Assembly: GCA_001179505.1 (NCBI GenBank)
Contig: CDMY01000552.1
Location: forward strand, 1-52,864
Direction of reading: 5' to 3'
Length of the DNA: 52,864 nt
DNA from: Vitrella brassicaformis CCMP3155
Lineage: Eukaryota; Protista; Chromerida
Positions 20,965-33,865 of this stretch are shown here, in pieces. Each line of letters starts with the position of its first letter. The first letter of the stretch is position 1. The notes below the pieces were generated by a model, which made no database searches, had not been told where the DNA came from, and saw only the letters and a list, made by a program, of their open reading frames with translations. The position numbers and the translations under genes were made by a program.

Positions 20965-23934
20965 ATGCGGCTGCATCTCTCTGCCGCCCTGCTGCTGCTG
21001 GCGCTGCTGTGCCTCTCGCAGCTGGCCGTGCCGTCGGTGGCCCAGGATGACGACCCAGAGGTCACCGAGGGAGACGACCCCATGATGGACGATGACATGG
21101 GTATTCCCTGACCACACACACAACAGACACAGACAACACAGACACGCGGCACAGAGGCAGGCCGGCAGGAATTGGGTGTGCGTAAGTCACATGCCGCCGG
21201 TCTCTGTTTGTTGTGCGTGTCTGTGCGGTGTGTGTGCAGATGAGGAGTATGGCGAGGATGACGACATGCCCTATGACGACGAGATGATGGGCGGCGGCGG
21301 GCCGCCTGGCATGGGCGAGGAGATGGAAGACGAGGAGGAGGGACCGAGCGAGCCCGTCCAGACGGTGGACTACGCCAAGCCGGACACCGAGGGGCTGCTG
21401 TTTGCCGAGCTGTTTGACGCCGACTGGTCGACGCGGTGGCAGAAGAGCAAGGCCGACAAGTTCACGGGCGAGTGGAAACACAGCCTCAGGGAGAAGGAGG
21501 CCATCGTCGGCGACTACGCCCTCGAAGTCGGCAACGAGGTGAGGGCCTCACCCACACACACATTCACACCACAAGCTGTCTGCGCACCGCACCGTCTGCA
21601 TGTCGGTGGGTGCGTGTGTGGTGTTGGCAGGCGCGTCATCACGGCGTTGCGGTTGAGATCCCCGAGGTGACGAGCAACAAGGACGGCCACTTCGTGGTGC
21701 AGTACGAGGTGAAGTTCCAGCGCGAGCTGCAGTGCGGCGGGGCCTACCTCAAGCTCTTCAAACTCGAGAGCGGCACCAAGCCAGAGGACTTCACCAACGA
21801 CACTCCATACGTCATCATGTTCGGGCCTGACCGGTGAGGCAGGGAGGCAGGGAGGGAGGGAGGCGGGCAACGAGGCAGGGAGGGAAGGAGAGAGAGAGAG
21901 GTCTTTCTGTGTGTGGTCAGGTGTGGGACGACCAACAAGGTGCATTTCATCCTTCGCCACCAGAACCCCACCAGCAAGGAATGGTCAGCCCACACCACCC
22001 CACCCCACCCCACACACATGAGTGTGTGTCCCTTCGGCTGCAGGTCGGAGAAGCACTTTTCCTCCCCTCCCTCGGTGCCCTATGACCAGCTGACGCACCT
22101 GTACGCCCTGCACATCAAGCCCGACAACACATTTGACATTCTCATCGACAACAAAGTCGAAAAATCGGTCAGACTGCAGCAACAAGGAGAGGAAAGGGGA
22201 GGGGAGGCCAGCAGACGATGACGCGTGCACGTATTGGCATATTGGTTGGTCGGTTGTGTGGACCTGCGTGTGCAGGGTAGTCTTCTGAAGGACATGGAGC
22301 CGCCCATCAACCCACCAGAGATGATTGACGACCCCACAGACAAAAAGCCAGACGACTGGTGGGCTGGGCTGGCTGGCTTGCCATGTCACCACACGAACAC
22401 GGAGGACTTTTTGTTTGTGTCTCTTGACACATTGTTGTGTGTGTGTGTGTGTGTAGGGTCGACAACCCCAAGATGGAGGATCCCGAAGCTAAGAAGCCCG
22501 ACGATTGGGACGAGGACGCGCCCAAGAGGATCAGAGACCCTGACGCAAAGATGCCCGAGGTGAGCAAGCGATGAATTTTCTTGTCAAGAGTTGAATGATT
22601 GCACGTGGGTGCGCCTGTTGTGTAGGGCTGGTTGGAGGATGAGCCCCTGCAGGTGGCCGATCCGAGTAGCGTCAGGCCAGAGGACTGGGACGATGAGGTA
22701 GAGGCACACACAGACCAGACCAGACCGTCACACAATCCCATCTACGAGTCCATCCATCCATCCATCTATGTCGATCATGTGCTGGATGTGTGTTGTGTGT
22801 AGGAGGATGGTGAGTGGACGGCTCCTTTGGTGGACAACCCCAAGTGCAAGGTGGGGTGCGGCAAGTGGGAGGCGCCCATGATTGACAACCCCAACTACAA
22901 GGGCAAGTGGACACCGCCACTCATCGACAACCCAAACTACAAGGTACACACACACACACAGGCAGGCAGGCAGGCAGGCAGACAGGCTCTTGCAGCAAGA
23001 CGGATAAGGATGCATGACGTCTGATGTCCAACAGGGCGAGTGGAAGGCGCGACAGATCAAAAACCCCGACTACTTCGTCGACAATGTATGTATGTTGCTG
23101 TCTGTGCCCCCCATCGATTCACCCATTATATGTGTCGGTTGGCTTGTGCACATCCATCCATCAGGCCCCCCACGCCCTCTCGCCCATCAACGCAATCGGC
23201 ATCGAGCTCTGGACCATGCAGGTACGACCACACACACACACACACACACCACATCACACACGACATCCCACTTTGTGTCTGCCTATTGTCTGTGTGCAGA
23301 GCGGTATACTGTTCGACAACATCGTCGTGTCCCGCGACATGGCCAAGGCCAAGGCGTTCGGGGAAGCGACGTGGAAGGTACGTGCAGCATAGCAGCATAC
23401 GTTCCCGAACGACAAAAAAGAGGCCGATGGCGGGGCTGGGCTGTGTGTGAATGTGTGTGTGTGTGCAGGTTCGCCACGACATTGAGGACAAGCAAAGCGG
23501 CGCTGCCTCGAGCAAGAAGAAAGACAAGGCATCCTCCTTCATCAACACTATCAAGGTCGGACCCACACCCACACCCACACAGACACACACCCACATGCCG
23601 TCTGTCCACTCGTCATATGTGTGTGCAGGAGGGTTTCATGAGCCTGAGCCTCTCCTTCCAGCTGTCCATAGTGGCCATCGCCCTCAGCACCATGATTCTG
23701 ATGGCCTACGGCTTCGGCCGCCGGTCCGCCAAGCCCACCACCAAGCGCAAGGGCGGCAGCAAGAAGGACAAGGGGGCGGCAGCCTCGAGCAAGGACGACA
23801 AGGACAAGCAGGAGGGCGCCGAGGGCGACGACGAGGCGGAGGATGAGCAGGAGGGCGAGGGAGAGGGGGAGGGGGAGGGTGAGGAGAGGGAAGGCGAGGA
23901 CAAGAAAGACGACAAGGCCAAGAAGGACGAGTAA
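20965..23934 (+). CDS. CANX: Calnexin (ER membrane lectin chaperone)
   Basis: Signal peptide [26 protein letters not shown]; [19 protein letters not shown]; [11 protein letters not shown]. The P-domain has 4 type-1 (DP..KKPDDW) and 4 type-2 (G.W.AP.IDNP) repeats. [17 protein letters not shown], a TM helix and an acidic tail ending KKDE (KKXX retrieval) follow. All introns are GT-AG and in frame. Confidence 0.96.
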
Positions 23935-26310
23935 TGAGTAATAAGTAGTCGGGAGGGAGGGATTGCGTAGAGGGAAGGAGGGAGGGAGGGGTTCTGTCAG
24001 TTCGCAGCAGTCGGTGTGTTGTCTTGATTGGGTGGGGTCACTTTGGTTTCTCTACCTATGTATGTATCCGCCCGCCCATGCATTCATTCTCATGCGAGAT
24101 TCTCTTTCCCTCTGTCTCTATCTCTCTCTGATTTCCTGCTTCCCTCATCCTTCCTTTCCCCTTTCCATGGCTGCCCTGCTTGTCTAATGGGTGCTCAAGT
24201 TGACTGACAGGGGTGTGTCAATACTCACCCTCCCCCTGCCAATCACACACCCACTAATTCATCGGCAAGCAAGGCGGACACACAGACACACAGACAGACA
24301 GACAGCCTCGACCTGCCTTGCCTTGCCTTGCTCTCACTGTGCGCCTGCCTGCCTGCCTGTCTGCCTGGATGCATGGATGGATGGACTGGTTCTCGATAGC
24401 ACCAGGGCCTTTAATGCGACAGACGTGTGTGTGTCGTGATGTGATCGACGTTAGGGATAGATGGATGCGACAGACATCGGCTATCGTCTGTAGGGGACCG
24501 GACCACGGTGTTGCTTGCTTGTTTCTGTCTGTCTTATGTACCTGCCTGCCTCTGCAAACCTACCTGAGTGCCGTACCCGGCCCAGTGGATGGATGGATGG
24601 ATGGTGGTGTGTATACCTCACTAACTCAAGAGATGATCAAATGCGTGTGTGCATTCGTGTGGGTGCGTTTTGCGGACACAGACGCCGTCCCTGTCTGTCT
24701 GTCTGTCTGTGTTTGTTCCCCGTCAAGTGTGATTTGAGTCAGCAGCCATTCTGGCTCACTTCGCGATGCCATCCATCCACCACATTGATTGATGTCGAGT
24801 CGACTGATGCCACGCCGCGATAGGTAGGTACAGTATGTCCCAAAAGAAAAAAATGTGGGCAAACAGGCGAGGTCAGCAGCACAACCACGCGTGACAACGA
24901 CGAGAGAGTGAGCACGTGTGAACTCACGCACCCACCCTCCCCACCCACCCACCCACCCAAAGAGGCATGTAGGCATGCATCCACATGGATCCGTTGCTCG
25001 TGGACAGACGTATCATGGACTAACGACAGGTAGGCAGGCAGGCAGGCAGGCAGAGTCAGTGAGCAGATGACTTTCGTCAGAATCGCATCGACCACGTCGC
25101 ATCAAAATCACCAAACACACGAACACTCACACACCCACATGCACCCATCCGTGTCTCCGTGTGTCCATCTAGGTAGGTATCACACACAGACACATACACA
25201 CACACACACAGACAAGACAGAGGTAGGGTAGGTAGGTAGGTAGGTCGGTAGGTAGGCACCACGTTGAATTACGTACGTACGTCTACCATGACATGATCAC
25301 ACACACCTACCCTTTGCCCCATGACCCACGGGCGCAACACAGCTAGCTGACAGGCAAAACCACAAGTGAGACTGACAACTTAAACCCTTAAGCCCCTCCC
25401 CCCTCACAGACACACACACGCAGAGAGTGACAGATAAAAATAGAGGTAGACACTGAGAGAGAGAGAGAGAGAGAGAGGCGGGGCAGGCAGACAGGCAGGA
25501 CGAGTGGACGCCACTAAAGCGATCGATCGGCAGGTAGGCTAGGCAGACTAACGGTTTCCGTACGGTAGGTACACAGACACGGTACGGTACGGTATGGGGG
25601 GGGGGAGAGACAGACAGAACACAGAGGCGCACAGAAAGACAGATGGGCAGATGGGTAAAAAGTGGCATGGCATCGCACTCACACACACACACACACAGAC
25701 ATGCACACACACATCGGTCAAGGCAGGTGGGCAGGTAGTCAAGGCAAGCCAAGCCAAGCCAAGACAAGACAAGACGAGTGAAGGGAAAAAGAGGAACCTC
25801 TCCCTATCCAGAGAGGGCATTGATTGCATCCGTGCGATGGTCGCAGGAGGGTGGGCGGAGACAGACAGACAGACAGACACAGAGAGACACAGGCAGCCTA
25901 GAGCTTCACAGACGGGTGATAGTGTCCACAGACGAGTGAGCAGATTGACATCCAGACAGACAGGCAGGCAGGCATCGACATATCAACAGCTGAAAAACGC
26001 TTACAAGACATGTATGTATGGGTGTATCCATGTGTGTATGCATGTCACGTCACACGAACGAACTGCGATCCTCCCTCCCTCCGTCTGTCCTTCCCTCCCT
26101 CCCTCCCTCCCTGTTACGTGATACGGCGCTTTGCGGTCAGTCTGGTGTGCATGGCTCTGTCTGTCTGTCTGTCTGTCTAGGGCGGGCGGTATGGGTGATG
26201 CTCCCGTCTGTTCGGCGAGTGACAAATACCGGCGTCCCTAACGAAACCCCCCTTGTCATGTAGTTAGCTGTGGCAGTGCTGCTGCTGAAAGGTTTGTAGG
26301 TCCCCCCCCT

Positions 26311-26352
<42 letters not shown>

Positions 26353-27986
26353 TGTCCATGTGCCACCGAGTAGGTAGCGAAGTAATCAAGTGCCTCTCGT
26401 CGGCGGCCCGGCCCACCATCCCATATGAGGTGGGGTGAGGTGGGGTGGGGAAGGCGGCGCCTGAGAGAGTGAGTGGCGGGGCCGAGGGCTTGCTTGAGCT
26501 CGGGCCGGCGAGGACACGCGACACGACGGCGTCAAGTCAAGAGAGAAGATACACGACCGACACATCCATGCCCTCTGTGACATTCAAAAAGATGACACAC
26601 ATGACATGACACAGACACAGACACAGACATACATAGATAGGATAGGTAGAGACAGACAGATGGGATGCACGAACCCATACGCACAGTAGGTAGAGAGATC
26701 GAGATGCATGACGACAAAAGAGCAAAGTCAAGTCGAGAAGCCAGCCAGTAGGGAGGGAGGGATGGAGGGCGGGAGGGGAACGGGAAGGCAGGAAAGAGGT
26801 CGATCACGAATTGGCCGTGAGTGACTGGCCGACCGACTGACTGTGGGGGCCATGGCGTCACGACACATACAAAACCAGGTAGGCACAGACAGACAGACAG
26901 ACAGACAGACGTGCCTCGCCAAGTACCGGTGGGTCTTCATCCGCTCGTTCGGTCAATCAACTGACACACGGCTCACTACGTAGAAGCCCGTACGTAACGT
27001 AAACACCAACACCAAAGCACAAGAGAGACCAAAGCAACGGCCGGCGCCCCAGACTCTTCTCTCGCCCTCTCGCCCTTCCTCCCTCTCTCCATCCCTCCCT
27101 CTCCGTTCCCCTCCCAGGCACACAGCCACACAAGTATCGCAGACACTCGCTCGTCGATTTGTGGTATGATCAAGACAGACAGACAGGCAGGCAGGCAGAC
27201 AGGTACAGGCAGCAATCGGCCAGTGCGCCGACCACCAGGCAGACCCCACAGCTGACCCGCTCACCCGCCCCCCTACGTACCTACCGACCCAGGCAAAAGG
27301 GGCATGGACCAAGGAAGGAATCTATCTATCTATGAAATGGCAAAAATCTGAATGAAAGGGCCTGGCCTTCCGTCATGCACATACACATACACACAAACGC
27401 ACACGCACGCACTAGGGCAAGGAAGGCATGACAGACAGGACAAGGCAGGCAAGGCAAGGCAAAGCGAGGTGAGAGAAGGTGAGACAAGGACGAACGATTG
27501 CAGGCAGGAAGGTAGGTAGGTAACGTACTTACTGTGCGCATGCAGGTCGTGACATCCGTATGAATTGTGTTGTGTTGTGTTGTGTTGTGTGCTGTGTGTT
27601 CCGTTGTCCGTGTGTGGCATGGGATAAACCGGATGGATGCCATCAAATCGATAATAAAGGCCCCGCACCACACAGACACACACGGACAGGCAGGCAGGCA
27701 GGCAGACACCCGCACACACACACACACACATGGACATGGACACGGACACGGATGGACGGCAAGAAATGCGATTGATGCGGCAAAAACAGGGGTGTAGGGA
27801 TTTGCAGATCGAAAGGCAGGCAGAAAGGTGTATGGGTGCGGGGATGGATGGATGGATGGATAAATCAATCAAGAAAAACACTCGTGGACTGATGGAGGGG
27901 AGGGGTGTGTGTGTGTGGAAGGGTGGGGCAGTTGGTGAGGTCATCGGACAGGGCGGCAAAAGTGTCCATCCACTGTCCGGAGCGTC
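23935..27986. repeat. About 4-kb microsatellite-dense intergenic region between convergent genes
   Basis: Many (CA)n, (GACA)n, (GGCA)n, (GGAT)n, (GGTA)n, (AG)n and (TTGTG)n arrays; ORFs here are simple-repeat translations. Confidence 0.8.
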
Positions 27987-30900
27987 TCACGGGGTTTGCG
28001 AGACGGCAGCGGACGTCAACAGCTCTAGCTCCTCCACCACACCATCTGACACACACAGCACACACACACACACACAGGTGATCCTCCCTCCACCTGTTTG
28101 TGTGATTGTAGACAGACAGACAGACTGACTTACCGATGAGCACTTTGGGTTCCTTGATTGCCCGTGTGTCGGCGCACACGGCGATGGCGAGTTTGTCGAC
28201 GTACGTCAGGAATGACATGCTCAGCCCCGAACGCATCGGCCGGAAAAAATTGCACACACTGAGGATCTCCACACCTGCAACACAACAAACCACACAAGAC
28301 ACAAAGGGACCAGTGTGTCTGTGTGAGTGAAGGATGGGTAGCTCGGCAGGCAGGCACGTACCGGCAAATCGAATGGGTTGGGCGGGGCCCTTGAGCGACG
28401 AGAACATGAAGGACGCCCGAGCCATCAGCCACGGCACCAACTGACACACACAGACAGGCAGACAGACAGACAGGCCGACCACACAAGCGGAGCGCATGCA
28501 TGCTTTGCTGGAGGGCAGTGTTTCTCGGCCCCTCCCTCCCTCCGGCCCTCACCTTGCTGAATGCGGGGAGGGTGAGCACAGCACGGAGGATTCGCGCAAT
28601 CTGATGATAAATAAGTCGGAGAAGGAAGGAGCCCACACGTCTGTCCGTTCGTCTGTCCTGGTGACTCTTCGGTTCGGCTCGCTCACCACAGTGACGAGGT
28701 ATGGTTCGGCGGATGCCTTGATGCCGTCCATCGTCCTCTTGGTGCGCATCAACCGCGTTCGGCTGCTCAGGTTCAAGTCGGTCTCAAACGGGACTATCGA
28801 TCGCACCACACACGAAGAAGACAACAAGTGATGTGATTGTGAGGTGTGTGGATGCCCTCGGCTTGGCTTACCGACGATGAAGCTCAGTGAGTTTCCATCG
28901 GCCTCCGGGACCTGCAGACGGCTGTCGGCCAGCCCGCCACCCACCCCTCCCTTGCACCCACGGTCGCTCCCGTCTCCCTTAGCAAAGGCGCCCAGCTTGG
29001 TGGTGTGCGCCGCGGCTATGGGGCTGCTCAAGGCCGTGCTGGCGTCGCTGAAGCCCCTGCTCATCGTCCGGCGCACGCACCCAATCTCGATGTCCGTCCC
29101 GGTGTCGCTCAGAGCGTCGCTGCGCACCGACCGGGGCGGCGAGGCCATGGTGCGGCTGTGGTGAAACGAGGCTACCTCTGAGAAGGCCCTGGGGGACGAG
29201 TCGTCGACGGTGGCGGCAATGGTCGGGGCTCTGAGGCCATCTGGGAGGTTGGGAGGGCTCTGGGGGAGTGGTGCGAAGGACATGTGTGAGGTGGATGTGC
29301 TGGCGGATGGTGAGGGAGAGGAGGCGGCCGGGGGCGGGTCGCGCTTGCCGGACGGGCCAGGCTGGTTTTGCTGCTGCTGCAGCTGTTTGGTGCGGAGGTT
29401 GAACATCGACACGCCGGAAATCGCACCAAAACGCTGACGACGAGTGACAGAGTGACAGACAGACAGGCGGATAAGGGTGGACACGAGTGAAGGTACGTGC
29501 TCCGGTCCTTGTGAGTGTTTGTGTATGTAGCCACGTACCTGCTTCATGGCCTTGTCGTCCACTGAGTGCAGGTACCTCGATAGGCCCCCGCCGGCAGCTG
29601 GGCACACACACACACAGACACCCAGACACACATAAGAACAACACAGCGTCCGTCGGCTGTGTGAGTTTGTGCAGATGTGTACCTACCGGTGGCCAGGACG
29701 TCGTTGACAGTGACCCCGAGCACCTTGCTGGCGCGCTTCACCTTAGGGAAACAGTATTCCCTACAAGTAAGAGGAAAAGGGAAAAGCGCATTGATGCGGT
29801 GCCAAACCAATCCAATCCACGCACGCCCTCGTGTGCCTGTCAGGTCAGCCTCACACTCCCTCACACATACATACCTGACGTGGAAGGTCCGCTGGTGCGT
29901 GCCGTCGTTTCTCGGTCCCCGCCTGAAGGTCCACAGGCGAGTCCTCCTATCCCCCAGCAGTATGGCCTTCAGGAACTTGCCCAAACTCGACACGCCCGTC
30001 GCGACCAGCTGCCCGGCTCGCCTTCCCCCAGCCACCCACCGCCACACGCACCGCGGCACCAGCCACGTGAAGGGCCTCACCACCAGCAGAAAGGCCGCCC
30101 GCCAGAGTGACAAGACCGCCGTGATGGCCGATGACACCAGACCCCTGGTGGCGGCTCGACCCTGGCCCTGTGTGAGCGATGTCGATGATGGGCAGGTCGA
30201 GAGGGATGGCGTGTCGGGCAGATCTTTGCCCATCGGGGACGGCTGGGGGGTGCTGTTGGTGCTGCTTGTGGTGGTAGTGGAAGCGCCGGTTGAGTTGTCC
30301 ATCTTGTCGGCGTAGAATGCGTCAAAAAGATCGGATCCGTCCCCGAGGGCGTGTGAGACGTGGAGCATGATGGTGAAGGTGTCGGGGTGGCCCGAGAAGC
30401 TGATGAGGCCCACCTGCCACGGCGGCAGCTCGGGGGGGAAGGCGAAGTCGTTGAGCCGAGGCGTGATGAACAAGCGAACCGCTTCCTCGGGCGACACGCC
30501 CGACGTGTCCAGGGTCACTGACGAAAACACACACACACACACACACGCACGCACGCACACGCACACGCGTGTGGAAGAACGCCTCGGTCCTGATCGTCTG
30601 TCTGTCTGTCTGTCTGTCTGTGTGTCTTTACCTTGGAATATGTTGTCTGCCATGCGGAATGAGGGGCAGGGCACCCAGTAGAATTTGTCCTTGTGCAGGA
30701 CGGCGCGGCAGACGAGTCGGGGGAATGTCACCGCCACACGGGTGAACTGGTCAATCAGCGCCGGGAGGCTGGGCTTCTCGCTCGATGTCAACAGCGACAC
30801 AATCACCTACAACCACACAGCAGTGCAGACCAGACGTGACACCAGATCTTGCACTCAGGCGCCTTCCTGCCTTGCTCTGTGACTGCTTGACTCAGCTCAC

Positions 30901-31081
30901 TCACCGGTCCGTCATCGAACAGCTCGAACCCCCTGAGCACCTCGCTCATGTGCGACATCTTCTGCACGCCAAGATGCACGCGCTTGGCAGTGCCCCCCTC
31001 CCTCTCCTCATCGCGCCCGTCGTCCCGCAGCGACAGCGAAGACTCGGACGCGCGGCTCCGCAGTGACAGTGAACAATCCAT
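27987..31081 (-). CDS. Wax ester synthase / diacylglycerol acyltransferase (WS/DGAT family)
   Basis: FPRLVCRAV, LPPWQVGLI, HVSHALGDG (HHxxxDG-type motif), VKRASKVLGVTVNDVLA, MFNLR, KRTMDGIKASAEPY, MSFLTYVDKLAIAVCAD. Terminal exon DGVVEELELLTSAAVSQTP* ends at 27987. The start could instead be 30949. Confidence 0.88.
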
Positions 31082-31469
31082 TACGTCAGGCGGCTTCGCG
31101 CAGTGCTTCGCACAACGGCTGCGTGCTTCGCCTTGCGGTGAGGAAAGCACCTCGCAGCCGCCGAAACGAATCCTTCAACTCGAATCACGAGCTTGCGGGG
31201 AGCGGTTCCCCGAAGGATCGGCTAGCGGATCTGCCCATAAGCTGAGCTCTTGTGTTGTCCGCGAGGTGGCGATGAACATGAGAGCGCAGCGGTGCGAGAG
31301 AGAGAGAGAGAGAGAGAGAGTCACCTTTTCCCCTGTGCGAGCTCACCTTACCGGAACCGTTTTACGTGTCCCAGTCCCCCTTTCCAGCTCCAGCTCGATA
31401 CTCCCTCAGCTATCAGCATCTGCATTGCGTTCGTATCGTCTTCCGTCTTCTGATAACATCGCTCCAGAA

Positions 31470-32410
31470 ATGTTTCGGTTCGGCTCCTCGTCGGCCACTA
31501 CAACGGCATGCGGACCCCTCCCCNNNNNNNNNNNNNNNNNNNNNNNNNNNNNNNNNNNNNNNNNNNNNNNNNNNNNNNNNNNNNNNNNNNNNNNNNNNNN
31601 NNNNNNNNNNNNNNNNNNNNNNNNNNNNNNNNNNNNNNNNNNNNNNNNNNNNNNNNNNNNNNNNNNNNNNNNNNNNNNNNNNNNNNNNNNNNNNNNNNNN
31701 NNNNNNNNNNNNNNNNNNNNNNNNNNNNNNNNNNNNNNNNNNNNNNNNNNNNNNNNNNNNNNNNNNNNNNNNNNNNNNNNNNNNNNNNNNNNNNNNNNNN
31801 NNNNNNNNNNNNNNNNNNNNNNNCCCTCCCCTCCCGCCCCACCCGCCGCACTGCCATTCGCAACGGCCACCAACCCAACCACACCTACGCACGGCGCACA
31901 GGCGCCAGAGCCACAGGGAATGCACCGCCCACCTGCGGCATCACCGCCATCAGCGCCAACACACCCACCACTGCCGCCAGTCCACCAGAGGCGCCCAGCA
32001 GCCCCGCCGCACCCATCGCCCAGACTCCTGAGCGCCCCGGCACTCCCGAGCCGCGCACGCCCGAGGCGCCTCGCCCAAGGCGGCCTCTCCTCGAGTGTGT
32101 GGAGGACAGCGACGACGAGTCGGACGGTGGGGAGGGGGGTGGGAGTGGCGAGCCGCCGAGGAAGCGGCTGAGGGTGTTGTGCGACATCGTAGAGGGGAGT
32201 TTGGTGGCCTGCGTGCATGCGGACGGCGGCTTCGCCCTCATCGAGGAGGAGTGGTGCGGCTTCCAAGATGTCCTGATGTTCCCGGCGGATGTGTCTGAGT
32301 GGGGGGTGGTGGGCGGGACGGTGCTCGATGAGGAGGGGTACGTGGTGCGGCTGCCCGAGGCCACCCTCAGCCACATGAGGGACCTCTACGGCACCGCCAT
32401 GCCGACGTGA
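31470..32410 (+). CDS. Hypothetical protein, probably a lineage-specific family; interrupted by a gap
   Basis: MFRFGSSSATTTACGPLP [gap] Thr/Pro-rich linker, acidic patch plus PPRKRLR (NLS-like), then a compact domain VLCDIVEGSLVACVHADGGFALIEEEWCGFQDVLMFPADV. Confidence 0.6.
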
Positions 32411-33865
32411 ATCGATACCGAACGCCGATTGAACACATTGATAGTAAGCGCACAGACACAGAGAGGGAGGGAGGGAGGGAGGGAGGGAGGGTGGGAGGCC
32501 ATGGGAGGGGTGCATTCGTTTACTTATTGTGTGTGTGTGTGGTCGATGTGTGTGCAGGTGCGTTGCACAAGTTCGGTCGGTGAGCGGTGTCGTCACGTCA
32601 GAGTGACTGACTAGCGGTGTTTTGTTGGAGCGAGAGAGCGAGTCGGTCGAGGACTTCCCGGCCGCCGAGTGTGTGGCAAGAACACACCATCATAGAGAAA
32701 CAGACAGACAGACACCACTGCAGACAGGGATGGCGTCTGCATCCGCCTATGAGAGAAGGCCACACAAAGACTGTCCGGCTGTGTACCGTCTTGTGGCTGG
32801 ATGGCTGTCTGTATTTTTCGTCCGCCGTTGTTGGCCTGGCTGTCTGTCTGTCTGTCTGTCTGTCTGTCGTCATTTGTGGAGTGTACTGCAGTGCGTCCAC
32901 CGCACATTTGGCCTGTCCTGCATCTGTTTGGTCTGTCTGGCTGTTTGGCTGCAATCATGACTGCCTGCCGGCTGGTGCTGATGAGGTTTGTGTGTGGCGG
33001 CAGAGGGCGAGTGTCGCTGTCGTGGATGCGTAGCGGTGTGTGCATCCCATTTGTCTGTGTGTGTGGTCTGGCTGGCGTGGGTCTGTTGTGTTGTGTTGTG
33101 TTGTGTGAGAAGGGCCTCGTGTACCATAGATAAGCTCACTGACTGCGTAGGTCTGGCCACCGTAAAAAAAGACAAGAAAAGGAGGGGCCCATGGCCGGCT
33201 GTCTGGCCGTGGTGCCCTTCGAAAACCTTTGTGTGATGACTGCATGCATGTGTCCCTTTCCCCCTTCATGGCCTGGCTGATGACGGCTCTGCCCCTCACA
33301 CACACAAGTGTCCCCGTGGCTGGTGGATGGGTTTTGTTTTCGCCTGTCTGTCCCTCTCATTTCGTTTGCCTGGCCTGTCTGTGTGCGTCATTGCGTTCTT
33401 TAGTCATTTTTACTGTCATTTCTGACGTCCTTTGGCAGCTAGGGTGATCTCGGGCTGCCGAGCAGCCAGATCCAATAAGGTGGGTGCGTCTTTCTGGGGG
33501 CGTCACCCACCTGTGTGTGTGTCTGTGTGCCGGGGGGAGAACAGAGAGGACAGCGAATGCCCCCAGAAGAAGGCAAACAGAGAGCTCATTAGAAAGCACA
33601 GAGAGAGAGGTCCGGCAGAGGGCCGCCACAAGAGACGAGCAAAGGCAACAGGCAGTCCACCGAGTCAGCAGGTCAGTCAGCACCTCACACCACAGCAAGC
33701 ACTCCAAAGCTGAATGAGTATCTGTGTTTCTGTGTGTGTGGTTTGTGTGTGCTTCAGGTTGGTTGACTTGGCAGCGCTGACTGACCCACATCTCTCGCCG
33801 GCCGTATCAGGCAGCGGCAGCCCCGCCGCACTGCAACAGCCTCGCCCTCGCCCTTCAGCACGGCC

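Noticed and set aside
20965-23934. Calreticulin as an alternative call
   Set aside because: The 4+4 P-domain repeats, a TM helix and a KKXX end (not KDEL/HDEL) indicate calnexin.
23963-27959. Numerous 60-210 aa ORFs
   Set aside because: They are translations of microsatellites (CVCV, THTH, QTDR, CLSV, MDGW) with no exon-like composition.
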